Shown piece by piece: positions 1 to 9,769 of a DNA stretch of 28,686 nt (position 1 is the first letter of the stretch; every line of letters begins with the position of its first letter). The notes beneath the pieces are model-generated. The model saw nothing but the letters and a program-made list of their open reading frames with translations. It did not search any database and was not told the DNA's origin. A program made the position numbers and the translations under genes. The stretch is taken from the NCBI GenBank assembly GCA_002794465.1, contig MTSL01000037.1, positions 1-28,686 of the forward strand, in the 5' to 3' direction. Source of the stretch: Paramicrosporidium saccamoebae KSL3 (taxonomy: Eukaryota; Fungi; Cryptomycota).

Positions 1-2427
1 TTTTTCCTGGCGGTCATTCACTGTCTCAATGTGCTGCTTGCAGTGAAGAAGAACGAAGAGGCCGTGTCGCGCTGCATGCGTTTCCTGGTGGGATTCCTAG
101 TGTTTTCAGCGGAAAAGGACGAAGTAGCGGTGCTGGGCGGCACTTCGCCAACCACTCGTCTGATTGAAAATGTAATGCTCTATGCATTGGAGGGTGTGGA
201 CACTAAGGAAAGGATGGTGCGGGTGCGTCTGACACAAGTGTTGGTAGCCTGCGTAAATGCAATGGACGAGCTCAGCGACGCCTTATGGAGTGTCTTTCGT
301 GCCAAAATGACCGAACGTCTATTCGACAAAGAGGCAGCAGTGCGGGTGCAGGCAGTGCATGCCATGGCACGACTCCAAAGCATGACATTATGTGAGGACA
401 GCGAGCTGACGGTACAGGCAGTGTTTTTGGAACTAATGGCACACGATCCCGTGGCTGAGGTGCGCAAGGCGGTTCTTGGCCAAATCGACGTCAACGAAAC
501 GACCCTCGAGGCGATTTTGTTACGTCGGAGGGATGTGGATTCGGGAATCCGTAGATTCTTCTACGCCAAAAAGATGGGCGACATTGACGTGCGCACACTG
601 AGCATGAAGCAGCGCGATAATGTACTCCGCACGGGACTTATTGATCGAGACCCAAATGTACGTCGAGCGTGTGTGGAAATGGTCTTTGGACGATGGATCC
701 AGGCGGCAGAGAACAATCTGATCCAATTGCTGATGAGTCTTGATGTAATCGGCCATGCTCCGGTAGCTGAATACGCCCTAAAGGCGTTCTACGAGACGAC
801 GCCAGAAATGTTTACCGTTTTCCCATCGGCATATTTTGAGAATCTGACCCCAGAAACTGCCATTGCGTTGCGTGTATATTGTGAACAGCCGGGTTCCAAT
901 GCTGGAGAGCTCCTCCCAGAAATGAGCGAATTGGCCCACCACGCCAAGCGCATATACGAAAGCATATTGGCTGGTGATAGTGACGATTCATATCGCACTG
1001 AGGCCGAGTTTATGCTTTGCGAGCTGTTCAAAGTCATTGGAGTGTTGGACGGATCTGATGAGATGGGACGACGGGTAGTACAGGGTCTGCTAGTTGATCT
1101 GCTATCGAACCTCGAATTGGGAGACGTCGTCTTCTCCAAAGCCTTGGAGCTGCTCTCAAAAATGAGTCCCGACCTGGACGAGTTTCTACAAACTGTTGGC
1201 CAACTCGTTGCAGATCTCCACGAATTGCATTCAGTGCCTGCAAATGGACTGGAGGACCAACTGCAAAAGAGCCTTGAATCACTGACTCTTTTGGGTGGAG
1301 CCAACGCTGTACTTCCAGAGGATGTACGTATCATGGCTCAATTGCGATGTTTGGAGATTGTGATGGCTGCATTCCAACTCCCTGCCGTCTCCCTTAGTCG
1401 TCATCCAGCCATCCTATCGTTGCTCAACGAGGTCATTATTCCGGCAGTAAACAGTCCATATGCAGTGGTTCAGACCAAAGGATTGTTGTGTTTGGGGATT
1501 GCCTGCACAATGAGTTTGGAACTGAGTCGAGAGTATCTGAATTTGCTGGTTGAATTCTTCCAGCACGGCCAGGACGAAACCCGATTGACCGCCCTAAAGG
1601 TGATCTGCGACTTGGCCTTTGTGTTTGGCGACGAAAGCATTTTGACCGTTTTGAATGACAAGGTCGTCTCTGCCCTTTGGGATGACGACGTCTCGGTTCA
1701 GGCTGCGGCAGCTGAGGGATATGCTAAATTACTGCTTCATCGCATCCTGCACGATTCGAACATCCTAGCGGGACTCCTTCAGCTCTACTTTAACACTCTG
1801 ACCACTGACAATCCTCGTCTTTGTCAGACGTTGGCGTACTTTTTGCCGGCATTTGCGTATAGCTCGGTGGGAAATCAGGTACTATTGGCTCGTTCCGTCC
1901 TACCGGTACTAAAATCGTGGACACCCGATAATGGCCTTTCTCTGCAACAAGTGGCTGGTCAATTACTTGAGCTCACGGATCCTGCTCGTCTTTCAGAGTT
2001 GGCAGATCGCACAGAAGAGGGCAATGCACATGCAGAGCTGGCCGAAGAGCTTGCCTGGGCCGCCCTGCGTTCTCCCGCTACCACCGGAAAGGTTTATGCA
2101 GCCCTGCTCACTCGTCTCACTGTCGCAGATTGGCCCACCCGCACCATGAAACGTCTTCTTTTTGTAGCCGGCCAACTAATCCGTGTCATTGTTGATCGGA
2201 CAACCCTAACTGCACTGAAAAAGATGGTCGCCCTGTTAGTGGAACTCGACGATCCCACCCAACTGCTCGAACCGGAGGATCTGATTGATTTGCGAGCAAA
2301 ACTAGCCGAGGTGGATATGCCAGAGAGGCCCGTTCTAAAGGTGACAGTAAAGAATCACCGTCCTGTGAAACAATCCAACTTATCGACTGTCAATATAATG
2401 GATGAGATTCATGATCTTCTCGACTAA
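1..2427 (+). CDS. YCG1: Condensin non-SMC subunit CAP-G/Ycg1 (HEAT repeats), 5'-partial
   Basis: Frame 1 is open from base 1 (FFLAVIHCLNVLLAVKK...), so the true start lies upstream of the window. HEAT-like segments DKEAAVRVQAVHAMARLQ, DPVAEVRKAVL, RRRDVD; C-terminal Cnd3-type motifs VIIPAVNS..GLLCLGIAC, AAEGYAKLLL, LCQTLAYFLPAF. Confidence 0.88.
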   Translation, partial: FFLAVIHCLNVLLAVKKNEEAVSRCMRFLVGFLVFSAEKDEVAVLGGTSPTTRLIENVMLYALEGVDTKERMVRVRLTQVLVACVNAMDELSDALWSVFRAKMTERLFDKEAAVRVQAVHAMARLQSMTLCEDSELTVQAVFLELMAHDPVAEVRKAVLGQIDVNETTLEAILLRRRDVDSGIRRFFYAKKMGDIDVRTLSMKQRDNVLRTGLIDRDPNVRRACVEMVFGRWIQAAENNLIQLLMSLDVIGHAPVAEYALKAFYETTPEMFTVFPSAYFENLTPETAIALRVYCEQPGSNAGELLPEMSELAHHAKRIYESILAGDSDDSYRTEAEFMLCELFKVIGVLDGSDEMGRRVVQGLLVDLLSNLELGDVVFSKALELLSKMSPDLDEFLQTVGQLVADLHELHSVPANGLEDQLQKSLESLTLLGGANAVLPEDVRIMAQLRCLEIVMAAFQLPAVSLSRHPAILSLLNEVIIPAVNSPYAVVQTKGLLCLGIACTMSLELSREYLNLLVEFFQHGQDETRLTALKVICDLAFVFGDESILTVLNDKVVSALWDDDVSVQAAAAEGYAKLLLHRILHDSNILAGLLQLYFNTLTTDNPRLCQTLAYFLPAFAYSSVGNQVLLARSVLPVLKSWTPDNGLSLQQVAGQLLELTDPARLSELADRTEEGNAHAELAEELAWAALRSPATTGKVYAALLTRLTVADWPTRTMKRLLFVAGQLIRVIVDRTTLTALKKMVALLVELDDPTQLLEPEDLIDLRAKLAEVDMPERPVLKVTVKNHRPVKQSNLSTVNIMDEIHDLLD

Positions 2428-2856
2428 TAAATTGTTTCAGTATCAACAGTGAATACCAGCCCATAACTGCCACTTTCACAATCCGGCGTACCATAATAAA
2501 GTAACTTGCTATTCAACAAAAGGAACTGTTGATGGGCAAACTTACTTTTATTAAAGTATATGGCTTCTTTATAGATAGCTATTCTCAATATAACCAGACT
2601 GGACTGTGAATAGTTCCCTAGTTTGAGAAGACGTATTTGTGTGCTAGAGTGGATCGCTTTGCTGGGTATTTGAGGACAGTGAGATGTGTATCCGTACTAT
2701 TATAGGATTAGCAGTAAACAGACCCCCCTTCCCGTCCATACTATTTATCCCCACTACGCGACAAGCGGATGCTGTTTTACAGAAACTCTTTTTAGCGGCA
2801 ATCCCTCCCGTCACTATTATCAAGTCTAATAACAAATTGAAAATTTATAAACAAAT

Positions 2857-5007
2857 CTATGTGCGACGATCTTGATAACGCGGATCCCTGTCTCGTTCAT
2901 CGTTTGGACGCTTGTCCCATGAGTTTCTATCGCGTTCTTCTCTTGGATTCTCGGACGAGTTTCTGTCTCGCCCCTCCCACCGATCCTCGCGTCGATCCTC
3001 CCGCCGATCTTCCCGCTGATCCTCTCGCCGATCTTCCCGTCGGTCTTCCCACCGATCATCTCGTCTATCATCCCTCCGTTCTCTGTCCCATTCCCCTCTC
3101 CTCTCCCTCCCGGCTAGCCGTTCATCGGTGAATAATGGATAACGTCGGCCTTCACGACGATGACGAGATTCTTCCCATTCGCCCTCTTCCCGGCCAGCCC
3201 GACCCCAGCGAGCGTATTCGCTCTCAAGACGGCGCTCAGAGACAGGCGGTGGGGGCGTGTAGTAGCGTGGCGGAGTAGGCACCCCAACTGAAGCTGGGGG
3301 AGTGGAAAAGGCGAGGGGTTTTGGTGACTCGATGGATCGCGGTTCGGTAGTAAAGGGGTTAGGTCCAGCCATGTCAGCAGGATCTCGTTTCATCATATCG
3401 GGTCGATAAAGACGCTCTCCAATCTCGGGATTATCTGATGGACTCGATTTCCGTCTTGAAAGATAATCTGACAACGACACTCTCTTCTTGGAGGGAGTCT
3501 CTGGTGCACTGGCTGGCAATGACACGACATCAACATCAATCCGACTCTCCACAGAGGGGGGCGACTTGCTATCTGTTACATCCACAAAGTCATCGTCGCT
3601 CTGTTTCAGGGGCGATTCCACGTGGCTGGTAATGTGTGATTTGATTGGAGATCCTAGGGAGGATTGTCGAGAACGATCTGCAAAGGACCTGCTCAGCATC
3701 TTCTTTAACGGCAATTTTGTTGGCGACGATGGAAGGGAGAGTGCTCGTACCGGCGATACGGACAGAGACGGTTCCGTAGTGGAGGGAGACGCCTTCCGAC
3801 TTCGCTTTGGTGGCGACAAAGGCGGTGGACTGGCGCCGCCACTGGGACCGGACCGACGACCCGACTTTTTCTCTGCACTCTCCATTCTCTCAATAAACTC
3901 AATGTACTGCTGCAACTTTCGCTCCTCTCGTGACATTTTCCTTGGATCAGTCGTCCTTTTCCTGGCAGATGGTGCAGTTGTGACCAGTGGCGCTGCAGAC
4001 GGCGCCGGTTTGGCAGTCTCTTCCTCGAAATCAGGCATATCGTCAGCCAAACATAGCTCGGGATAGGCACAACAACATTCGTATCGGAAAAAGTGATTTC
4101 CATCAACATAGTCAAAGGGTAAGAAGAGCTCTTCATTCTCTCGAATTGTATTGCGGGCGAACAGACACCAATGTACCGACTCACCGCCATCTGAAAAGAC
4201 AATTTTCACCTCGCAGTTTGGACGACATGACCGTCTCACATACCGCAGACTGTTTCCGAATTTACGTGCATCCACAATAAGGTCGGGGGCGGTAGAGTTG
4301 AACAGGACGAAACTTTGAAAGACATTCTCCACGCGGGGACTCTTTCGTTCCAAAATAGAATATGGCTGGACATGGCCTACATATTCCCCTATTATTGCAC
4401 CCGGGTCAATATCCTCAGCCGCAAAAACTCCCAGTTTGGCTCCCAAGGCGTTGCCCCTTCGTCCCGAACTCCGCACCCGCAGCTCTCGAACATCCAACAG
4501 TTTTGCACTCGTCCGTATATCCGCCAGCGAGGGAAATACCACCATACGACATAGCTCAAAGTTCACGCTGCTTAGGGACAGGTCCTTGGGAAGACGGGGC
4601 ATTTGCAGACGTGCTGCCTCATACTCGGAGGCTACCTGAGCAAGCTCCTCCTGGGCCTCTGTTGCCAGAATATTCTCGCTAATTTCGTTCAGTGCGGGAG
4701 TCGTCTCTCTGCTCGTTCCTGTTCTCCTTTTCCTCGTTCCTCCACTCGACACTTCCACGTCCACGTCGTCAGGACGACATTCCTCGCACAGAAACACCTC
4801 CGGCACGTTGTTTCGTGCTATTCCCACGCATACAGCATGTTGCCATGCCAGACAGCTGTCGCACTGTATGGTAAAGCCGTCGTCTTCGTCGCTACCGCAG
4901 ACACAGCGTATGCCGCCCGTGTCGTCTTCGCCGGGCGGGTCGCTGCTAGGTATGGGACTGGGCACAGGCGTCAGCCCTACTACGTCCACTATGTCGCTCA
5001 GTTGCAT
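2857..5007 (-). CDS. SET3: Set3/UpSET/MLL5-like PHD finger + SET domain protein (716 aa)
   Basis: N-terminal PHD finger (IRCVC..DDGFTIQCDSCLAWQHAVCV..FLCEEC). SET domain has RRSCRPN in place of canonical NHSC, as in the Set3 family. Long Ser/Pro-rich region and Arg/Glu/Asp-rich tail. Confidence 0.85.
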   Translation of the reverse strand: MQLSDIVDVVGLTPVPSPIPSSDPPGEDDTGGIRCVCGSDEDDGFTIQCDSCLAWQHAVCVGIARNNVPEVFLCEECRPDDVDVEVSSGGTRKRRTGTSRETTPALNEISENILATEAQEELAQVASEYEAARLQMPRLPKDLSLSSVNFELCRMVVFPSLADIRTSAKLLDVRELRVRSSGRRGNALGAKLGVFAAEDIDPGAIIGEYVGHVQPYSILERKSPRVENVFQSFVLFNSTAPDLIVDARKFGNSLRYVRRSCRPNCEVKIVFSDGGESVHWCLFARNTIRENEELFLPFDYVDGNHFFRYECCCAYPELCLADDMPDFEEETAKPAPSAAPLVTTAPSARKRTTDPRKMSREERKLQQYIEFIERMESAEKKSGRRSGPSGGASPPPLSPPKRSRKASPSTTEPSLSVSPVRALSLPSSPTKLPLKKMLSRSFADRSRQSSLGSPIKSHITSHVESPLKQSDDDFVDVTDSKSPPSVESRIDVDVVSLPASAPETPSKKRVSLSDYLSRRKSSPSDNPEIGERLYRPDMMKRDPADMAGPNPFTTEPRSIESPKPLAFSTPPASVGVPTPPRYYTPPPPVSERRLESEYARWGRAGREEGEWEESRHRREGRRYPLFTDERLAGRERRGEWDRERRDDRRDDRWEDRREDRREDQREDRREDRREDRWEGRDRNSSENPREERDRNSWDKRPNDERDRDPRYQDRRT
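2981..3076 (-). repeat. Coding 12-bp tandem repeat (8 units) encoding REDR/RDDR/WEDR in the Set3-like tail
   Basis: Plus-strand units cgatcctcgcgt, cgatcctcccgc, cgatcttcccgc, tgatcctctcgc, cgatcttcccgt, cggtcttcccac, cgatcatctcgt, ctatcatccctc. Confidence 0.9.
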
Positions 5008-5498
5008 CCCTCAGACACCCAAAATTTAACTAAACTACGGTGCCGTCTATGCCCGGTCGGCGTCCAAACCAGTTTATTTATTCTTTGGCGCCAACCCATG
5101 TTTGGGCTATCCTAGCCAATCATATTGTCGCTAGTGATTGGACCGTCTGTTCCCTACTATCTCTACAATTTATGCACAGCAATAACAAGAGTGGTTTATT
5201 AATTATGGCTGTCTTTTATAGGGCCGGGCCCTTTATCGGATCCCCCTCCAAACAGAGTTACTTGAACGCACTATGTTGGCACATTACATATTCTCCCATG
5301 GTACCACAGCAACCTATGTAGAGGAATCTTCTATCGCACACCCTAAACGGGAGCTGGTTGAATTAAATATCGCCCTTATTCATGTGACGGCTTCCGTCAT
5401 CTGATCGTGTGACCAATGGAAGTTATTTTTCCTTGAGCGTAGCGAGTTAACCCACCACACGTCATTTATAGCCGCCTATACCGCGTACCGCAACTTTA

Positions 5499-6383
5499 TT
5501 AGTCAAAGAATTCACGACGAATGCGGCCGATTAGGGCTCGCAGATTACTACATGTTTCTATCATTACACAGAGCTGATGAGAGGGCGGAAGGGTCACTAG
5601 GGCAACCGCCAGTAGGCCATAAGCGTACGAGTCAACATAGCCTGGCCTCGGACCGGAAAAATACTCTTGTGAGCCCAGCAATTCTGACAACGCCCGGAGT
5701 GAATCCAATGCATCAGATGTCAACTACCAATTAATTCGCCACTGGGCATACCGAGTCTGCAGAATTCTTTCCAAACAACATTTCCTCAGACACTGCCCGT
5801 CGTTTCTTCCACATCAGCCATTCACTGACCGGCCATGGGACATTTCGCATGTAATTCCTCCTGGTCGTCTTACTGCGCATCGGCTCCTCTAGCCACAATG
5901 CCGCAAGTAGGGCGGGGCGGATTGATTTTTTAAAAAGTGTCAAGGCGGCCATTACCACTTGATTCGGGGCAGTCTCTACAATCCCAGCCTAGGATATTAG
6001 ATACCGCAAGGCCAGTACCCGTTCAGAGCCAAATTCCTTAATGCCTTCTTGCGTAATGGTCTTTCCATTTGGAAACATGATAAATGGCAGAATGGCATTA
6101 GGCGACATTTCTGGTTCATTGCTGTCCTCAATGACAAACTCTATGTGGCACATTTTCAGCCAGCACTATCCAGTTAACGGACCTCTCATTCAATTACGAT
6201 GGCACTGAGACAGTCTGGATCAAACGATGGCAACACACCATATGGGCCGTATGTCACCAAATAAACGTCCTGTCCCCCCACACAAAGTTCCAGATACTCC
6301 GGCGACACTGGTCGCTCCGTTTCGGCACCAGAAAGAAAGTTGGCTACCGTGTTCACCACCTTTCCAATTCCCGAAGCAGACAT
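5499..6383 (-). CDS. Metaxin family (Sam35/Sam37/metaxin-like) GST-fold protein, 4 exons, 264 aa
   Basis: Exons 6383-6198, 6165-6019, 5988-5752, 5723-5499 sum to 795 nt. Joined protein has LPSFDPDCLSAICWLKMC..SNEPEMSPNAILPF (metaxin N-domain) and a C-terminal GST-like DSLRALSELLGSQEYFSGPRPGYVDSYAYG. Confidence 0.8.
5724..5751 (-). other. Spliceosomal intron, 28 nt (metaxin intron 3)
   Basis: GTATGC...ATTAATTGGTAG; joins ORFs 5731..5958 and 5499..5723 in frame. Confidence 0.85.
5989..6018 (-). other. Spliceosomal intron, 30 nt (metaxin intron 2)
   Basis: GTACTG...CTAATATCCTAG; in-frame TAG stop if retained. Confidence 0.8.
6166..6197 (-). other. Spliceosomal intron, 32 nt (metaxin intron 1)
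   Basis: GTAATT...GTTAACTGGATAG; removal restores the frame SAI|CWLKMC. Confidence 0.85.
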
Positions 6384-6558
6384 AACGAATAATTATATTT
6401 TGATCCGTAAGAGTTTGAATTTGTAATGCAGACCATTTATACCTAGTCAGTATATTCTATCCATATCATCGCATCATATTTTGATCCGTAATGTAAACCA
6501 TTCATATATAGTCGGTAGATCCCATCCATACACCATCTCAGTTACTCGTTTACATTTA

Positions 6559-8029
6559 TTATCGGGTTTGTACACGTACTTCAAGTACTTGGTGAAGATC
6601 AAAACGATGGCCTGTCAGTTGGTCTGTTACTTGGAGACGCTTGATCCAATGCAGGCCTTCGCGGATGGGCAGGAATTTGAGATACACAGTAGCGCACTTC
6701 CCAGGCGGAACGAGGCCGACGTGTACTTCAGGGGCAAGAGGAAGAAAGGTCAGGGTAAGATTTTCGTATTTGGAATAGTACACATCCATCATTTGTTCGG
6801 TGGATATGAATGGTCCCTCGGACGTTTTTGCAGGCATCGAGTCTTTGGAAATAGTTTCTAGTGGCTTACGGATCACCAAATCCCGCTCCGTGTCGCTCCC
6901 ATTGTTGACAAAAACTTGTAGTCGAAATATCTCATTCAGATAAATGGGCTCCTCCGGAACTAGAAACTTAGCGATCACATATTAATTACGGGTAAGTGTA
7001 ATGGCCAATTCGCCATTGTGTCGGTTGGGGAACATTCTTGACATGTTCACTTCGCTTTCAAACGAGACTAACAATTTCTCGTTCTGAGCACTCCTTGTTG
7101 CCCATCGATCATGCCAGGTTGCAGCCATGGTCGCATCCAGATGCACTTTCATTTCTTGAGGTTTTCCACGAAGTAACCGTTCTGCAAAGGGCATCCGAGT
7201 TGCTTGGAAAATGCACCCATACACTTCGCCCGGCTTCAAGCTGGCCGGAAGAGGTACAGAGAACGGCTCCACCTGGAATATACGCTTCTCAAACATCCCG
7301 TCCTTTAAATTGATAGCGTGACTGGCCAGATCACCAAGCACTAGAGACAAGGAATCGATGGTGTATTCCTCTCGCAATGCCTCATTACAGGTCAGCTGCA
7401 CTGAAATCAAAGCGCTGTCGTCTGTCATTCGGACATACTCAATGGCCGCGTGCAAAGGACGGAATAAGGGAATGCTATGGCATACAGTTGCCAAGGTTTC
7501 TGTCACATTTGCCCTCTCCAGAGGACTATCAGTCTCATCTTCTAGCAGGTCCCGTAGCAACTTGGCACCCATCCTCGGCTCTTCCAGAAATCGCCTCAGA
7601 GAATCGTCACGACGTTCTTCATAAAGACTCACTGTCAACTTTGCGCTCGCCTTTTCAAAAGACGCCTCTGAATCGATCAATGCATCCACTGGGATAATAA
7701 TCTTTTTGGGATTGACGAAAATGGCATTCCTACGGCCGGAATATTCTTCCCGCGGAATTATATCCGACCCTTCAGCTGGCTCGCTCAGGGAGGACAGACT
7801 CTCTACTGAGCGCATTTTATGGACATCAAGTAAACCCGAGCGCTCTGATGTCTCCAATTCCACCGTGTACGCTTCCAGTCTAGCAAATATTCCGCTGGCA
7901 AGCTCTTCTGTTGCATCGCAGGCATAATTAAAGTCCAAAATGATTGACATTGTACTCCTCTCCCCTTGAAGCGTTAGCTTGGCGAGACTCACATACCACA
8001 AATAATGTACTGACGGGAGCCATTTTCAT
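6559..8029 (-). CDS. TRAPP II subunit Trs65-like protein, 3 exons, about 470 aa
   Basis: Exons 8029-7993, 7964-6990, 6959-6559 sum to 1413 nt. The C-terminal EVHVGLVPPGKCATVYLKFLPIREGLHWIKRLQVTDQLTG resembles the Trs65 Ig-like domain. The start could be ATG 8029 or 8023. Confidence 0.6.
6960..6989 (-). other. Spliceosomal intron, 30 nt (Trs65-like intron 2)
   Basis: GTAATT...GCTAAGTTTCTAG; contains an in-frame TAA; joins the two ORF-track fragments. Confidence 0.85.
7965..7992 (-). other. Spliceosomal intron, 28 nt (Trs65-like intron 1)
   Basis: GTGAGT...GCTAACGCTTCAAG; the only intron here ending in AAG; links an upstream ATG exon in frame. Confidence 0.7.
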
Positions 8030-8249
8030 CTTCTTCACCCAATACCAAAGTCACGGAGACGTGTTTGTCATGAATGAGCGACTTTAGCGACGTTGTCATC
8101 CACACCCCCGTCTTGCCACGACAGTCTTTTGCTGTCCGAAATTCGTGCTTCAAATCTATGAAATTGTGATGTTTTGTAATTCACAACCATTGCAAACGCC
8201 TATGTAATTGAACCCCTTTTGTCCAACCCTAGTTCGCTTGGAAACGCGA

Positions 8250-9245
8250 ATGCACGAGAATGAGGCCACCCTCCCTGAAGGAAAACCGACATTAAAACGG
8301 ACCAACTCGTCCGAACACAGCTACAAGTTATCATGTCCTCGCTGCCGTGACCCGCACCCAAACCTCATAGAAGATTTTGCTGCTGGTGATCTAATTTGTC
8401 AAAACTGCGGCTTCGTGGTAGGCGACCGCATTATAGACACGCGTTCTGAATGGCGAACCTTTAGCAACGACGGCACTGGAGGGGATGACCCGTCGCGTGT
8501 GGGTGGACCGAGTAACCCGCTGCTTGGGGGAGACCAGCTGGATACTATGATATCGGGGCGGGACAACTACTCGGGAGCCTCAAAGGACTTGAATAGGTTG
8601 CAGAATAGGACAAACTCCAAGTCTGTGGACAGGACCCTGCTGCAGAGCTTTAAAGAAATTTCGACACTCTGCGAAAGAGTGGGTCTCCCCAAGGTTATCG
8701 CTGACCGTGCCAAACAACTGTATAAAATGGCTGATGAGGCCAAAGTTTTAAAGGGAAAGGGTAATGATGGGATCGTTGCCACTTGTCTCTATGTCGCATG
8801 TCGTCAAGAACGAGTTACAAGGACATTTAAGGAAATCAGCGCACTCACGAGGGTCCCCAAACGCGACATTGGCCGATGCTACAAACTACTTGCCCCCCTC
8901 TTGGAAACCAGAATGGCTACAGTGTCTACCGAGGATTTTGTCACCCGATTTTGCTCATATCTCTCCCTGGCGATTGATGTACAACGTGCAGCCGTCCATT
9001 TAGCCCAAAAATGCACAGAAATTGGCTGTACTGCTGGTAAAAGTCCCATATCCGTTGCATCTGCGGGAATCTACCTGGTGTCGCATCTGTTTCCGAACGC
9101 CAAAAAGTCTCCGAAAGAAGTTTCGTTCGTTTCCGGTGTGTCTGAAGCTACAATTCGTGGAACATACCGCGATTTGCTACCCTTTAAAATGGAGCTCATT
9201 CCTCGGGAGCTTCACGGCCAGATTATAAACTTGCCACCTGCCTAA
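8250..9245 (+). CDS. SUA7: General transcription factor TFIIB (331 aa from ATG 8250)
   Basis: Zn ribbon CPRC..GDLICQNCG, B-reader IDTRSEWRTF, cyclin repeats (CLYVACRQE..RTFKEI; GKSPISVASAGIY; VSEATIR). The ORF track begins at TTG 8208; the first in-frame ATG is 8250. Confidence 0.95.
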   Translation: MHENEATLPEGKPTLKRTNSSEHSYKLSCPRCRDPHPNLIEDFAAGDLICQNCGFVVGDRIIDTRSEWRTFSNDGTGGDDPSRVGGPSNPLLGGDQLDTMISGRDNYSGASKDLNRLQNRTNSKSVDRTLLQSFKEISTLCERVGLPKVIADRAKQLYKMADEAKVLKGKGNDGIVATCLYVACRQERVTRTFKEISALTRVPKRDIGRCYKLLAPLLETRMATVSTEDFVTRFCSYLSLAIDVQRAAVHLAQKCTEIGCTAGKSPISVASAGIYLVSHLFPNAKKSPKEVSFVSGVSEATIRGTYRDLLPFKMELIPRELHGQIINLPPA

Positions 9246-9330
9246 ATTGTCTATAATAAATAAATACACTTGGTGGTTCATTTGAGTATCTCATCGATGG
9301 GTAATTCTGCTTGTCAGCTGGTTCAAATCA

Positions 9331-9498
9331 TCGCTGGTATGCCATCTGGCCCAAGTTGTCGCTGGTATGCCGTCTGGCCCAAGTTGTCGCTGGTATGCCG
9401 TCTGGCCCAGGTTGTCGCTGTTATGCCATCTGGCCCAAGTCGTCGTTGGTATGTCGCCCGGTCCAAGTCGTCGTTGGTATGTCGCCCGGTCCAAGTCA
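9331..9498. repeat. Intergenic minisatellite, 6 x 28 bp (consensus TCGCTGGTATGCCRTCTGGCCCAAGTYG)
   Basis: Units begin at 9331, 9359, 9387, 9415, 9443, 9471. Flanked by the 13-bp direct repeat TCAGCTGGTTCAA at 9314-9326 and 9510-9522. Confidence 0.95.
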
Positions 9499-9603
9499 AT
9501 ACTAGTATTTCAGCTGGTTCAACCTCCCTTCCCCAGTAATCCATTTACATTTTAGCTAACCCAAGCCACTAAACAGAGGCTGTTAATAACCACGCGCTAA
9601 CTG

Positions 9604-9737
9604 CCAATTATTAATCGCCAATCACTACCAGACCCAATCACTATCCAACCCAATCGCTACCAGACTCGACCATTGCCCGCTCCAATCACAATAGCATGAA
9701 TCTAATTATAGCTTCAGACTCTGGACCAACTATAAAT
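9604..9737 (+). promoter_or_regulatory. Putative ICL1 promoter: 3 x 16-bp CCAAT-containing repeat, two extra CCAAT boxes, TATA box
   Basis: ccaatcactaccagac (9618), ccaatcactatccaac (9634), ccaatcgctaccagac (9650); further CCAAT at 9604 and 9682; TATAAAT at 9731-9737 just upstream of ATG 9770. The motifs are seen; function is inferred. Confidence 0.6.
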
Positions 9738-9769
9738 CGGCGCGTGCAGCGGGTGTTGTCAGTGTTAGA

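Noticed and set aside
2428-2856. Small ORFs (63 aa on each strand) between YCG1 and SET3, and other short ORF-track entries nested in genes
   Set aside because: No motifs, and they lie in convergent 3' UTR space or antisense/out of frame to well-supported genes.
9331-9498. CRISPR-like array of 28-bp repeats
   Set aside because: Units are directly adjacent with no unique spacers, there are no cas genes, and the context is eukaryotic.
9270-9555. Several short repetitive ORFs on both strands over the minisatellite
   Set aside because: They are a by-product of a stop-poor 28-bp unit read in shifting frames. They have no recognisable domain, and several lack an ATG start.
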